From Malacoraja senta (taxonomy: Eukaryota): 64,000 nt of DNA. The notes under the pieces are model-generated. The model did no database searches and had not been told where the DNA came from. It saw only the letters and a program-made list of their open reading frames with translations. Each line of letters begins with the position of its first letter. Position 1 is the stretch's first letter. The DNA is taken from contig CM075991.1 in assembly GCA_038087875.1 (NCBI GenBank), positions 7,256,001 through 7,320,000 on the forward strand. The letters run 5' to 3'. This document shows, one piece after another, positions 39,286 through 53,194 of this stretch. The position numbers and the translations under genes were made by a program.

Positions 39286-39940
39286 ATAGATACATAGATA
39301 CATAGAAAATAGGTGCAGGAGTAGGCCATTCGGCCCTTCGAGCCTGCACCGCCATTCAATATGATCATGGCTGATCATCCAACTCAGTATCCCGTGCCTG
39401 CCTTCTCTCCATACCCCCTGACCCCCTTAGCCACAAGGGCCACATCTAACTCCCTCTTAAATATAGCCAATGAACTGGCCTCAACTACCCTCTGTGGCAG
39501 AGAGTTCCAGAGATTCACCACTCTCTGTGTGAAAAAGTTTTTCCTCATCTCGGTCTTAAAGGATTTCCCCCTTATCCTTAAGCTGTGACCCCTTGTCGTG
39601 GACTTCCCCAACATCGGGAACAATCTTCCTGCATCTAGCCTGTCCAACCCCATAAGAATTTTGTACGTTTCTATAAGATCCCCTCTCAATCTCCTAAATT
39701 CTAGCGAGTATAAGCCAAGTCTATCCAGTCTTTCTTCATATGAAAGTCCTGACATCCCAGGAATCAGTCTGGTGAACCTTCTCTGCACTCCCTCTATGGC
39801 TATAATGTCCTTCCTCAGATTTGGAGACCAAAACTGTACGCAATACTCCAGGTGTGGTCTCACCAAGACCCTGTACAAGTGCAGTAGAACCTCCCTGCTC
39901 CTATACTCAAATCCTTTTGCTATGAAAGCTAACATACCAA
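39286..39940 (-). mobile_element. Young CR1 3' fragment, open ORF2 C-terminus (39384-39940)
   Basis: LYRVLVRPHLEYCVQFWSP..IEGVQRRFTRLIPG..TRGH..FFTQRVVNLWNSLP. Confidence 0.92.
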
Positions 39941-40599
39941 ATGCAGCCATTTCTCATTTTGTCTGTCTTTTTTTCCTTTAAAACCAAAAAGACACCTTCC
40001 AGCCATTTTTTCTTAAGGCCAAGTACATGCCTGGGGCAAAGATGCAACAGATTACTGAAATGATAGATCAGTCTGTGAGGGTAGACAAAAGTGCTGGAGA
40101 AACTCAGCGGGTGCAGCAGCATCTATGGAGCGAAGGAAATAGGCAACTTTTCGGGCCAAAACCCTTCTTCAGTCCAGTCTGTGAGATTGGATTAATGCTG
40201 AGTCCAAGGGAATATTGCTTGGAAAGGAAGGTTGTGTTGTACCTCACTCCGCTGTTCCTTGTCAACCATTAGATATAAAGCACTTTTAGTCACAATATTC
40301 CCAAGATTGTGAGACAAAGAAGCATGTGAGGTGAGCAGGGTCCATTGTAACTGGTGTAGGAAACATCCTCTGATTGCCATCATCTATGATGAGGTTGAAG
40401 AGTGTTCATCTGGCAAACACCCAGATGAAATTGGAGGCACTAAAACGTATGTGTCAGACTCATAAAATGCACCAGACACTGTTAAGCACCATAAAACATG
40501 TCAGTACCATTGGAACACAAACGTGTCACATTCATGTTCTCTGTCGCGTTCATGCGGTATCTGAGGGTATGTCTTAAAGAAGTCACCTGTCAGATTCGT

Positions 40600-41139
40600 C
40601 AAGGAGGTTTGTCAAGGAGGACTCTCTCTAACTTCTACAGGTGCACAGTAGAGAGCATGCTGACCGGTTGCATCGTGGCTTGGTTTGGCAACTTGAGTGC
40701 CCTGGAGAGGAAAAGACTACAAAAAGTAGTAAACACTGCCCAGTCCATCATCGGCTCTGACCTCCCTTCCATCGAGGGGATCTACCACAGTCGCTGCCTC
40801 ATAAAGGCTGGCAGCATCATCAAGGACCCACACCATCCTGGCCACACACTCATCTCCCTACTACCTTCAGGTAGAAGGTACAGGAGCCTGAAGACTGCAA
40901 CGACCAGGTTCAGGAACAGCTACTTCCCCACAGCCATCAGGCTATTAAACCTGGCTCGGACATAACACTGAACTTTACTAGCCAATACTGTTATTTGCAC
41001 TTTATCAGTATATTGACCATTGTGTATATATTTATAGAATGCCTTGTAGTAAATGCCTACTATGTTCTGTTGTGCTCAAGCAAAGCAAGAATTTCATTGT
41101 CCTACCAGGGACACATGACAATAAACTCACTTGACTTGA
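40600..41139 (+). mobile_element. Rex1/Babar-type LINE 3' fragment
   Basis: [25 protein letters not shown]; (ACTTG)n tail; near-identical to reverse complement of 48424-48970. Confidence 0.9.
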
Positions 41140-42084
41140 GATTCTGAAGTTCTCTTACTTCTCAAGTTCTTAGTCTTAAAGACAACCCAATTCAGTGAGT
41201 TTCCAACCATTTTTTTTTAATGGGTAAGTAGAATTCTCAGAACTTGGAGAAATGTAACCTGCTCCAATGACATATTTGAACTTCAGAATATTCCTCGCTG
41301 TGGGGATGGAGTTAGATTTGGCTTGTTTTCATGAAATGATCGCTGCTGCCCTCATCAACCAGTCACAGTTGAAATCATGAATGAGATAACTGTAGGGCAG
41401 CTATATTGGGCTCTACCTCTCCAACATCTTGCACGCTGCTTATTATTTGCACTGAAAACAATCATTAATCAGACATTTGTCAATCTCGCAGGCTGCCAAT
41501 CATGCCCAGAAACACCTGCATTTGTAAAAGCAAAAAAAAACCTTGACTAGGGAGAGCAATTAGTCTAAATTTGTAGCCATTAGCTCACCCACACGGGAAA
41601 TCTCCAGACCTGTTTTGCAATTGAGGGCTGAGGGTGAGCTGTGGCAGGCAAACCTTGCACCATTCTGAATAGTCTAATTGGTTTCCATTCAATAGTCACT
41701 TTTTTACGTTTCCATTAATTACTGTACTAGAGGCTGGCAACAGAATCAAAGGTATCACCTTTGGCTGCAAACTTCCATTTGAGAATCCAGCCCTGACAAT
41801 TATTCGTGAATGGGTGATATGACCTTTGTCATTAACCTGGAGTATTGTGTGCACTTATGGTCACCTTATCTTTATCTGCCGCAAAGATTCACCAGACTGA
41901 CTCCTAGATATGAGAAACAATTGTGTTGATCAGGCCTGTGTTCACAGGCGTTTAAAAGATTGAGAGGGGATCTCTATGCAATGTGCAAAAGTCTGACAGA
42001 ATTAGACAGACTGGATGTGGACAGGATATTTCCCCAAGCTGTAAGTTCCAGAATTGGGGATCACACTCATGATAACATCTGACA

Positions 42085-42272
42085 GGTGCTGGTTTATACC
42101 GAAGATAGACACAAAATGCTGGTATAACTCAGGCAGGCAGCATCTCTGGATAAAAGGAACAGGTGATCTTACAGACCTAAAGAAGGGTCTCGACCTGAAA
42201 CGTCACCTATTCCTATCCTCCTGAGATGCCGCCTTACCCGCTGAGTTACTCCAGCACTTTGTGCCTATCTTT
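42085..42272. mobile_element. Penelope-like inverted pair
   Basis: Inverted arms of the hammerhead-type repeat. Confidence 0.7.
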
Positions 42273-42449
42273 GAATGAAAAGCTTGCTTGCAGCAGCATC
42301 ATCGACACATAGACTGAGACAGCACACTGATCATAATTATATACATTTCATTGAAAAGGAATAGATTGCAAAAATACAATGGAAATGAGTCCATAGTAAT
42401 GCAGGAGGTGATCCACAGTGTTTCATTGCTGAGGTAGCTTTATGCACAC

Positions 42450-42628
42450 ACACGACCTTTCAGCGACTGACACGACCTTTCAGCGACTGTCTTCCACCTT
42501 CATCGCCTGGAAAACCTCGAGCTGGATCGACTGTCAGCGATGAAACCGTGAGCTGGATCGAAAACACACACACACGCACATGCACACACACACGCACACG
42601 CACACGCACACGCACGAGCACGCGCACG

Positions 42629-42662
<34 letters not shown>

Positions 42663-43097
42663 AGAGGGGGAGAGAGGGGGAGGAGAAGGTGGGAGAAGGA
42701 GTGGAGACACTTTTAAGAAGTCAGACAACGTTTAATAAAGTTTACTGGGCATTTTACATTACCAGTCGGTTTTCCTTGGTCCTGAAAACTCCAATGAGCC
42801 AATTAAAATGCCCGGTCAGCGAAGGAGATTGCCTACGGCTGCCCTCGACTGCCTGTAACTAAATAGCAACCTCACTCAACTGCACTACGAGTTGCAAAGA
42901 ACCATGCCAACCATTTTTTACATGCTGAAAAACTTTCCTCGACCAAACTGAGGCTGCGAGTATACAGGAACTTCCCTCGAGCATGAAGGAGAGTTCAAGT
43001 GACCTCATAGGACCACGTGTCGACCATGCTGCGAGTTTGAGTTGAGGGCAAACTCTTTTAAACTCACAGATTAAGTCGCCGCTGTGGGACAGCCCCT
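42450..43097. mobile_element. Partial Harbinger-type MITE with internal (CA)n
   Basis: Right TIR ..GTGGGACAGCCCCT plus TTA; subterminal similarity to 28770-28896; left TIR not seen. Confidence 0.7.
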
Positions 43098-44934
43098 TTA
43101 GGGTTGTGCGGTTTGATTCAAGAACTTGATGAAGTTTCTTTTCCTGAATCGGGTGCTTGGGACAACAAGGTGTATGAAGAGAGACTTGGAAGAAGATCTT
43201 GATAGAGGAGCAGCCATAGTTATATTAAATGCTGAAGCAGACTCAAAGGGTTTAACGGCCTGCTCTGCACTTAGTTGGTATGTTTCTGAAGGAGGATCAT
43301 GACCCAAAACATCATCTGTCGATTCTCTCCCCTGATATTGGCTAACCCACTGAATTCCCCCAGCATTTGTGTTTTGATCAAGATTCCAGCATCTCCAGTT
43401 TCTTGTGTCATCATTGCATGTTTCTGTAATAGATTATCACATTTGAGTTTCTCGTGATGTGGCTAATGAAAATTCAGCCATTTCACCAATGAGTTTCTCC
43501 AAAAACTGTGAAGATATATTTGGAGATTGTGCTCAGAACACTCAAAGCTCAGAAACTCCATACATCAAGAGTTAAACCTGCACCGGGTATTATCCATTAT
43601 TCATAATCTTAGAGCCGACCTTAAATTAATTCTTTACAAACCAAGATATAATCCTGTTGATCTAACAAATAACATAACACTGTCACATCCTGTTACTGGA
43701 CCTCTGGTGATGAATGGTTTCAGCAACATCAGAAGAATGCATAATCACTTCATGAGATGATTACATGTAAAGAGACATGTTCCTTTGTAGATATCTGAGG
43801 ACTGGATAAAATGGGCACAACAATTCAATCAATAAATTGTTATTTGACATCTGTAAAATGTTCAAAAAATTGAAGAATCAAGGCATATTTGTGTTGGATT
43901 GCAATGGCGTTTGACCAGGCTAAACGTTATATCTTCCAAAATAATTTTTAGTGAGTTTAAAGTCCATTTATCACACCAATCTAAATGAGAAGAATTTTGG
44001 GAAAATTGATCTTCCTAATGGACCAGGAAGGACTTTTTTTTTATCAATTATCTGAAAGTTTATTGAAGGTAAGTAAAATTGGAGGGTTCAGTGAAAATTA
44101 ACAAACCATCTGCAACATAGCCTGAGGGTGAATAAATGCAGAACTTGTTTTAAGATCAAAAGCCCCCAATTTCACAAGCAATGTTTCTATTTTTGAGGAG
44201 AGATATAGGAGCTAATTTCATTTTATTGTTTCTAACTTGTAGATAATCACAATAAAATAAGTAAATTCACACAGTCATCTTCAGCATGAATATTTCTCTT
44301 CCCCATATATCATTCCCTCCTCTTCCCCATATATATTATTCCCTCCTCTTCCCCATATATCATTCCAAGTTATCTACACACTCAGAGTTCCCACCATACC
44401 ATGCCTTCTCTTATCCCTTGAGATGTCAGTCTGACATGCCTCTGACAGAGCCTTTGATCATCTGCCTTAAAATGTTAGAAGTACAAGAGGCTGCAGATGT
44501 GAGATTCTTTCACATAAAAAAGTTCTGGACAGTCAACGTCTCGTGTCGGGACCCTTCTTCCGAAGCAATATCTGTCCATTCCATGCCCTGCTGCCTGACC
44601 CACTTTGTGTGCTTTTACCCTAATATCTTATTTTGCAGTTTGAGAATGCTTAAAGATTGGAGCTCCCAACAATGCACAATACTTGGACAGGTGCATGGAT
44701 AGGAAAGACTTACAGAGATATGGGCCAAACACAGCCAGGTGGAACTAGTGCTGAAGGGGCAACTTGGTCGACATGGCAGGTCGGGCCGAAGGTCCTCTTT
44801 CCATGTTGTATAACTCAATGACTAAAACGTTAGTCTGGCTTGATTTCAGTGTGTCAAATATTGTCTTTTTGTACTACATTTTTTTTAGTGTGATGCATTG
44901 GTTCTTGTGAAGTGCTTTGGGATATTGTTAATGA

Positions 44935-45785
44935 GGGGCCGCATTGATGGCAGCTAGGGGCGCCGCATTGGTGACAGCCTCTGCCTACAGTCTGTCTGTT
45001 TTTCTGTCTTTTTTTATTTTTAGTCAGTTTTAAAAGTTTGTGTTGGAGATTTCTTTAGCTTTTCTATGTGGGGGAGGGGGGTAGGGTAAGGGGGAAACCG
45101 TTTCGCAGTCACTTCCTGTCCTCGCCCCCCTCCTTGTGGCCTACCACCTGGATTGGAGTGGCCTTTCCTGCCGGGGACCCGGACCAGAGCTTCAGCAGCG
45201 GCGGCGCAGCGCTGGATACATTGCGGAGCGGGCGATTGCTTACCTGGATCGCCATTGAAGCTCCGGAGTGCTGGGCCTGCTGCTTCAACTTTGGAGCTGT
45301 GGTTCGTAGAGCTTCCAGCGCGGGCGGCGCTGACTTCAACATCGCGGAGTCCTGGGGCCCTTTGCCGAGGGCCGCCAGCGTTGAATCTCCGCCCAGCTCG
45401 GCCTGTGGACTTTGGGAGCCGTGGACTCCGGTCGGAGGTGGCCGATTCGGATGTCCAAGCCACTGAGGATGTCCTCCAGTCCCGAATGTCAGACTTCCAT
45501 CACCCCGGCGAGCGGGCCTGAACATCGGGCCGCCCGTAGCGGTGACAGCGGGGGGGGGGGGGGGGGTTCGGATGCCCCCTGACCACGGCAAGACAACAGA
45601 AGAGGATGACTGAATTTTGGTGCCTTCCCTCACAGTGGAGAACTTTGATCCCGCTGTGTGGGGATGTCTGTGTTAAAGACTATCGTGTTCTGTGCTCTTT
45701 ATTATTTGTATGGCTGTATGGTGACCACACATTTCACTGTACCAATTAGTACATGTGACAATTAAATGTATCTTGTATCTTGTAT
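44935..45785 (+). mobile_element. GC-rich non-coding retroelement (architecture like 5258-6102)
   Basis: GC head, T-rich tract, G-tract, GC core, 3' TGTAC..GTACA hairpin, TGACAATTAAA and (TGTATCT)n tail. Confidence 0.62.
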
Positions 45786-47311
45786 TAATGGCAGTATTTA
45801 AAGGGGAGGATTTTGTTCAGTCACACAGGCCCGTTGGACCATCAGCTACCACTTACTCCAATCCTACATTACCTTCACTCTTTCTCTTATTCCCACATAA
45901 TACCCCAGATTCTACACATTAGGGCCAATTAACCTTCATAACCAGCCTGGCTTTGGGTTGCAGGAGGAAACTTGGGCACCTGGAGAAAACAACGAGAACA
46001 TGCAAACTCCACACAGACAGCACCTGAGGCCAGGAATGACCCAGGTTTATGGCATTGGGAGGCAGCGACAGTACATAGTATTGGACTGGCCAATAATCAC
46101 ATGTGGCAGCTTGCCTCTGAAAGCACAGCTCAGACCATTAGTACAAGCCAGATAGCCTCAGATTAAAGGTTTACATGCCCAATTGATAGTGTGGTTATAT
46201 AAGAAGTTGGGGTGCATTACTTGGAAAGATACAAAGCTGAAGCAACAGGTTAAATTACCGACTTGCTTAATTCTGTGTCAGGCAGTTCCAATGACAATGA
46301 CAGCAAAAAGTGGCAATGACAGCAAAAAGAATGAAGCGAGGAGACAGTTTGACAGCCATTCTGAATTTAAATAATATTAAAAATTCTTTAGTTAAAAATT
46401 CTGCTGTTGTTCCATAAAAAAGAAGGAGAATAATCAGACCTGCAACATTTTATTCATTAGATGGCCTTTACCGTCTTTCAGGCAATCAGTAGAAAGCATT
46501 ATAAAATAAAATTCCTTGCCCTGTATTGAGCACATTCAGGCAGTTTGTCATTTTAACTAGGCATATCATTTTAATTAAAGTTATCTTTTTCACATCAGGA
46601 GGCATTATTCCATTACAATAAGATCGTATCGAGAGTTGAAGCATGATCAGCCTTCTATTGTATGAAGACTAACAGACAAATGTTCAAAAGGTATTGGGTA
46701 TAAAGGCAGCAATAATTACAGTCTCACAAAATCACTTCTACAGTTTTTTAGGGCTTCAACCTTTATATTATTTGCAAAAATAGAGGTTTAAGACAAGCAT
46801 ATATATAATGCCTATTTAGTGATTCTTTTCACCAAGAAACATCAGTGATTTCCAGAGCAGAATTCTGCACCTGGCCATGATCTAGTAAGAGACATAAGTT
46901 TTTCCTTCAAAGATTTTTATAAGGCAAGTGTTTTGAAAATGGCTTTCATCATCAGTGATACAGAGCTTATTCCACGACCCACTGTATTTACACCCGGGAA
47001 TGATTGTGGCAGTAATTTAGAAGTAAATTTGCTTCACTCAAACCCTTGGATAGTGAATTGATCCTTTGGAATGCAAAATAGTTGGCTGCATAATCTGTGG
47101 TTTAGAGAAGGAGTAAATGCCCAGGGTTTAGACATCTGAATGGCCACAAAATGATGCTCACTCATCCTCACTCATCACTACTCCATCATCCTGTGCCTGC
47201 TACATGGGATTTTATTTTATGAATCATGATTTTGCATACCGGGTTGTACCTCGGTACTTGTGACAATAAAGTATCATTGAATCCTGCACATAGAAGCAGA
47301 TGAAGAGCAGA

Positions 47312-47524
47312 CGATAGACACAAAATGCATGAGTGACTCAGCGGGACAGGCAGCATCCCCGGAGAGAAGGAATTGGTGACGTTTCGGGTCAAGACCCTTC
47401 TTCAGACTTGGCCCAAAACGTCACCCATTCCTTCTCTCCAGAGATGCTGCCTGTCCCGCTGAGTTACTCCAGCATTTTGTGTCTATCTTCGATTTAAACC
47501 AGCATCTGCAGTTCTTTCCTACAC
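47312..47524. mobile_element. Penelope-like inverted pair; hammerhead core 47378-47405 (minus)
   Basis: CTGAAGA A GGGT CTTG ACCC GAAA CGTC on minus strand; imperfect TSD GAAGA(G/A)CAGA. Confidence 0.78.
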
Positions 47525-47734
47525 GAAGAACAGATTATGCCTGGATGCCATGTGGATGGATAAACCAGTCACCATTCATTGACAAGAATAGTACGTAAAG
47601 GCAACTATTCCCAGAGGGTAGCACAAGGGTGTGGGGGGGGGGGGGGGGGTGAGGGGTGTGGGGGCTCCATTTGAAAAGTTAACCATTTTAGGTGAAGAGA
47701 TTTGAGGAAAAAAATTAATTTGTTCAGACGGATA

Positions 47735-48015
47735 CCACATAGAAACAGGCCATTCGGCCCACCATGTCCGCGCCAACCATCAATCAACCTTTCAGTGTGA
47801 TCCCACTCCCTACACACTGGGGGTAATTTACAGAGGCCAGTCAACCAACAAACCGACACGCCAGCGGGAATGTGGACGGAATCTGGAGCGACCGGAGGAA
47901 ACCCACGTGGCCACAGGGACAACGTGCAAACTCCGTACAGACAGCACCCATAGTCAGGATTGAACCCGGGTCTCTGGCGCTGTAAGGCTTCAACTCTACT
48001 GCTGCGGCACTGTGC
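47735..48015 (-). mobile_element. V-SINE (HE1-like)
   Basis: Same consensus as other copies. Confidence 0.75.
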
Positions 48016-48423
48016 TGCTGTATTGTAGATACTAAGATTTGGGAGGCATGATTATTACTTGCCAATTCTGAGCCTGTGACTGAATGATGTCCAGATCAGG
48101 TTGCCCACGCATGGACAAACCTTTTCTTATCATGAAGAGTTGAAAATTGAATTGATTGTGCAAATCACCAGTAGCCATCTTCACATCTGACTTAACAAAG
48201 ATCATTGATGAAGCAGCTAAAGATGGTTGACTAATTACCCCTGAGGAATCTCTGCAGTGTTGTCCTGGGGCTGAGATAATTAATCTCTGACAACTGGCAA
48301 GCATTGGGCAAGGCATAATTCCAAACAGCCCAGTGATATTCTCTTGAGCACTTTAATTCCGTTTTACCAGTGCACCTTGATGCCACATTGAGTCAAATGC
48401 AGCCTCTGTGGTGAACACAACTG

Positions 48424-49704
48424 TTCAAGTCAAGTTAAGTCAAGTGAATTTATTGTCATGTGTCCCTGGTAGGACAATGAAATTCTTGCTTTGCTTGAGC
48501 ACAACAGAACATAGTAGGCATTTACTACAAGGCATTCTATAAATATATACACAATGGTCAATATACTGATAAAGTGCAAATAACAGTATTGGCTAGTAAA
48601 GTTCAGTGTTATGTCTGAGCCAGGTTTAATAGCCTGATGGCTGTGGGGAAGTAGCTGTTCCTGAACCTGGTCGTTGCAGTCTTCAGGCTCCTGTACCTTC
48701 TACCTGAAGGTAGTAGGGAAGATGAGTGTGTGGCTAGGATGGTGTGGGTCCTTGATGATGCTGCCAGCCTTTTTGAGGCAGCGACTGTGGTAGATCCCCT
48801 CGATGGAAGGGAGGTCAGAGCCGATGATGGACTGGGCAGTGTTTACTACTTTTTGTAGTCTTTTCCTCTCCAGGGCACTCAAGTTGCCGAACCAAGCCAC
48901 GATGCAACCGGTCAGCATGCTCTCTACTGTGCACCTGTAGAAGTTAGAGAGAGTCCTCCTTGACAAACCGACTCTCCGTAATCTTCTCAGGAAGTAATGG
49001 CGCTGATGTGCTTTCTTAATAATGGCATCATTGTTCTCGGACCAGGAAAGATCTTCAGAGATGTGCACGCCCAGGAATTTGAAGCTCTTGACCCTTTCAA
49101 CCATCGACCCGTTGATATAAATGGGACTGTGGGTCCCCATCCTACTCCTTCCAAAGTCCACAATCAGTTCCTTGGTTTTGCTGGTGTTGAGGGCCAGGTT
49201 GTTGTGCTGGCACCATATGGACAGTTGCTCGATCTCTTTTCTATACTCTGACTCATCACCATCAGTGATACGTCCCACAACAGTGGTGTCATCAGCGAAC
49301 TTGATGATGGAGTTCGCACTATGTCCGGCTATGCAGTCATGAGTATAGAGTGAGTACAGCAGGGGACTGAGCACGCAGCCTTGAGGTGCTCCCGTGCTAA
49401 TTGTTATCGAGTCTGACACATTTCCACCAATACGAACAGACTGTGGTCTGAGAGTGAGGAAGTCGAGGATCCAATTGCAGAGGGATGCGCAGAGACCCAG
49501 TTCTGCGAGTTTGGTAACCAGCTTGGAGGGGATGATTGTGTTAAATGCCGAGCTGTAATTGATGAATAACAGCCTGACATATGAGTTTTTGTTGTCCAAG
49601 TGGTCCAGAGCGGAGTGGAGGGCCAGCGAGATCGCATCCACCGTTGATCTGTTGTGGCGGTAAGCGAACTGCAGTGGGTCCAGGTTTTTGTCGAGGTAGG
49701 AGTT
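48424..49704 (-). mobile_element. 5'-truncated Rex1/Babar-type LINE with RT domain (ORF 48700-49641)
   Basis: RT motifs LFI(N)[40 protein letters not shown]; frameshift near 48720; (ACTTG)n tail. Confidence 0.92.
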
Positions 49705-50109
49705 CCCATCTCACTTCTGGAATTCAGCTCTTTGGATTATTTTCAGGGCCAAGGCAGCGATGGGATATGGATCTCAGAGTGATCTGAATGAAACCTAATT
49801 TAGTTTAGTTTAGAGATGCAGCACGGAAACAGTTCCACCATGTTTCTTGCATTTATGTCTGCAAGAACATCCCGTAGACATGTTGCTTTTCCATCATCTG
49901 CTTCTGCATTTGTCTCTTGCCGCCACTCTTCCATTTCTTATGCTAATCTGCTGATTACCTGCACTGACCATCCTTTTTTTTTGCGCGCCATCATTTCCCC
50001 CGAACATTCCTCTTGCTTCTCCGAGAATTCACCAAGTCCCATTACTGTGCGGTGTCAAAGCGGAACTTTTTATTCGCCATTGCCCCGAGGACCGCACTGC
50101 CTCTGGGTT

Positions 50110-50360
50110 TTAGCATGGAAACAGGCCCTTTGGTCCAACTTGCCCACACTGACCAACATGCACTATCGACACATCCCATCTGCCTGCTTTTAGCCCACAT
50201 CCATCTAAATCTACCCCATCCATGCACCTGTCCAAATGTTACTTAAATGCTGTGATAGTACCTGCCTCAACTACCTCCTCCGGCAGCTTGTTCCATACAC
50301 CCACTACCCTCTGTGTAAAGAAGTAACTCCTCAGGTTCCCCCCCACACCTTAAACAGCCC
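50110..50360 (-). mobile_element. CR1 3' end
   Basis: Same subfamily as 21710-22052. Confidence 0.75.
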
Positions 50361-50603
50361 CCCCCACCCCTTAAACCTCTTCAACACCTTCTGCCAACAT
50401 CTGCAGGGTTGTCCGTTCAGCAGGCATATTCCCAAATTCCTGTCATCTCTCCCAATCTGCACCGCTTTGAAAGCCCCCAGTCCCTTTCTTGTTTACCCAT
50501 CCTGCATCCTATATCATTTTGTTCTTCTATCCCTCACATTAACTTACGTCCAGTAATTTGACTTAACAAGTTCCTTGGGACTTCTTGTCCCCAAACCATT
50601 CCA

Positions 50604-51228
50604 TAAGATTCAAGATTGAAGATTCAAGAGAGTTTATTGTCATGTGTCCCAGATGGAACAATGAAATTCTTGCTTTGCTTCAGCACAACAGAATATTGTT
50701 GGCATAAATAAATACAGAACAGATCAGTGTGTCTATATACCATTGAATATATATATATATATACACACACAAATAAGCAGATGAAGTGCAATAGGCTATT
50801 AAAGTTCAGATTTTTGTTTGAGTTGAGTTTAATAGTCTGATGGCTGTGGGGAAGTAGCTGTTCCTGAACCTGGATGTTGCAGATTTCAGGCTCCTGTACC
50901 TTCTACCTGAAGGCAGCAGGGAGATGAGTGTGTGGCCAGGATGGTGTGGGTCCTTGATGATGCTGCCAGCCTTTTTGAGGCAGCGACTGTGGTAGATCCC
51001 CTCGATGGTTGGGAGGTCAGAGCCGATGATGGACTGGGCAGTGTTTACTACTTTTCGCAGTCTTTTCCGCTCCTGGGCGCGCAAGTTGCCGAACCAAGCC
51101 ACGACGCAACCGTTCAGCATGCTCTCTACTGTGCACTTGTAGAAGTTCGAGAGAGTCCTCCATGACATACCGATTCTCCGTAATCTTCTCAGGAAGTAGA
51201 GGCTCTGATGTGCTTTCTTTATAATTGC
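50604..51228 (-). mobile_element. Rex1/Babar-type LINE 3' fragment
   Basis: ORF 50806-51168 homologous to 40600-40965; different 3'UTR shared with 11284-11400. Confidence 0.88.
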
Positions 51229-51674
51229 GGGTGTCCTATTCCACCTGTTAACTTTAAGTACATAACTTTATAATTGTTTAATATGTTTACAATTCAAGTA
51301 ATTAATTTTTGCCTGTGACATGCAAGGTTTCTTTTGTCGCCCAACTAGAGTGCAGTTGTGAACTGCGTGTCTGCATTCTGTTCTCCCAGCGGACCACAGC
51401 TGCACAGAGTGATGGAGAGTGACTGGGCGCAGGCAGCTGAGCCGTGGCTGCAGTATTGTTCAGCATCTGTCAGAGCAAGTGAAAGTTGAAATACTTGCAT
51501 TACTGTGACAGCTTCATCAGAATGAACAGATGTGACTGCTGACACTTCTGACAAGTTCAAATCCCCACCAGAATACTCAAGGGGAGAAGGGCCAGGAAAC
51601 AACAAGTGACAGGGTTGGGGAGTGACCTCTGACGTGCCACAAACTGCTTCAAGAATCTTCTGGTGTCAGCCGAG

Positions 51675-51930
51675 ACTCATGCCTCCAAGTTAGAAGGTTG
51701 CGGGTTGCAAGTTCAACGTAGTTAGAGCTCACTGTGCCGTCAGAGGTACCTTTTTAAAATGGTTTGTTAAAACAAGGATCTTCCTGCTCTTTCAACTTTA
51801 GTTTTAATTTTAGTTTTAGTTTTTTCCCCCGCTGGTTGGCAATGATCCCACAAAGCTATTTTAAGGAATGGCTACATTTATCTGTCAACCAAGTTGACAA
51901 CAAATATAAACTGTTCATTATCACATAGCT
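51675..51930 (+). mobile_element. Ancient DeuSINE (SacSINE1-like) relic
   Basis: Degenerate GTCAGAGGT.C.TTT...GTTAAA.C.AGG and GATCCCA...CTATT motifs recalled from the Deu domain; similar relics near 31290-31540, 54330-54540, 59750-59830. Confidence 0.45.
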
Positions 51931-52661
51931 GTTGGAGTCATAGTCATAGTGTGATACAGTGTGGACTTGCCCTCGTTGGCCAACAAGTCCCAGCTACACT
52001 AGTCCCACCTGCCTGCGTTTGGTCCATATCCCTCCAAACCTGTCCTATCCATGCACCTCTCTAACTGCATCTTAAATGTTGGGATAGTCCCTGCCTCAAC
52101 TACCTCCTCTGGCAGCTTGTTCCCTACACCCACCACCCTGTTTGTGGAAGCTTGTGGTGCATATTTTGTGTATTGCTGTGGAGATTATGATTCAGAAAGA
52201 CTTAACTGTGAAGGGCTTTGGCAGGTTAAATTGTGAATGGTGGCTTGTTGCATTTGGGTTTCATCCTTTTTTTAAGCAGTTTGTGACTGGAGGAGATGAT
52301 TTATTTAATTGTTGTCATTGGCAAATGAGTCAAAAGACCACAGATCCCAGTGCAGCTTGGCACCAAGAGTGAACAGTGCTGGTGAATGTATGCCTTCAGG
52401 AACTAATACTGGTGTAAGGTAATGAGAAACACTGTAATTAAAATGTAAGCTGGATTTGCACAGAAGCTGACAACCTTTAGGAAAATGCATACTCACTTCC
52501 TCATCGAATTGCTTGGAGATCAAAGTGCAGAAACGTACCAGCTGCACAATTGGTGAATCAAGTTCACAAGAACTGGTGACTCTTAATCTGAAGAAGATTG
52601 ATGGATGCAGAGTAGAATCCATTCAACATCATTTTTCACCTGATCAATATTGATGGACGAC

Positions 52662-53165
52662 TATATAATTTTCTGTGTGCGGACGTGGCGCCGACGGACG
52701 AGAAGCCGAAGCAAAGAAGTGGAAGCCAAATAACCAAATGGAAACAAAGCCGAAACGCCATCTAACCGAAAGGGTGGGACGCCTTAATGCAAACTAACCG
52801 AAAGGGCGGGACGCCTAAAAGCTAACTAACCGAAAGGCTGCGACGCCTAAAAGCAAACACACCGAATGGCCCCTCAGCCGAAACGCCACCTACCCGAAAG
52901 GCGTCGTCGCCTACAAGCCAACGGACTGAATGCCACTCAACAGAAAAGTCAAATAACGGACATGATGTTGCCGGGAGGCGGGACTTGTCAACGATTGGTC
53001 CAGACCCCCGCGTCCATCACATCACTGTGGAGGGATGAACATTGTCCCACACCTCCGCTCCACCCGACCCGCAGCCCGCGGAGGGTGGCCGTGGGAGAGT
53101 GGGGGCTGTCCCGAGGGATGCGCACCTTCGGCCTCTTACAACTTGGTGCTTGGGTTCAGATTTCC
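52662..53165. repeat. CpG-rich unclassified element with (A/G)CCGAA subrepeats
   Basis: Imperfect ~30-bp units AACCGAAAGG....GACGCC(T)AA at 52760-52910. Confidence 0.55.
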
Positions 53166-53194
53166 CAGTCACCTATGGTTTGTGTGGAAAATGA

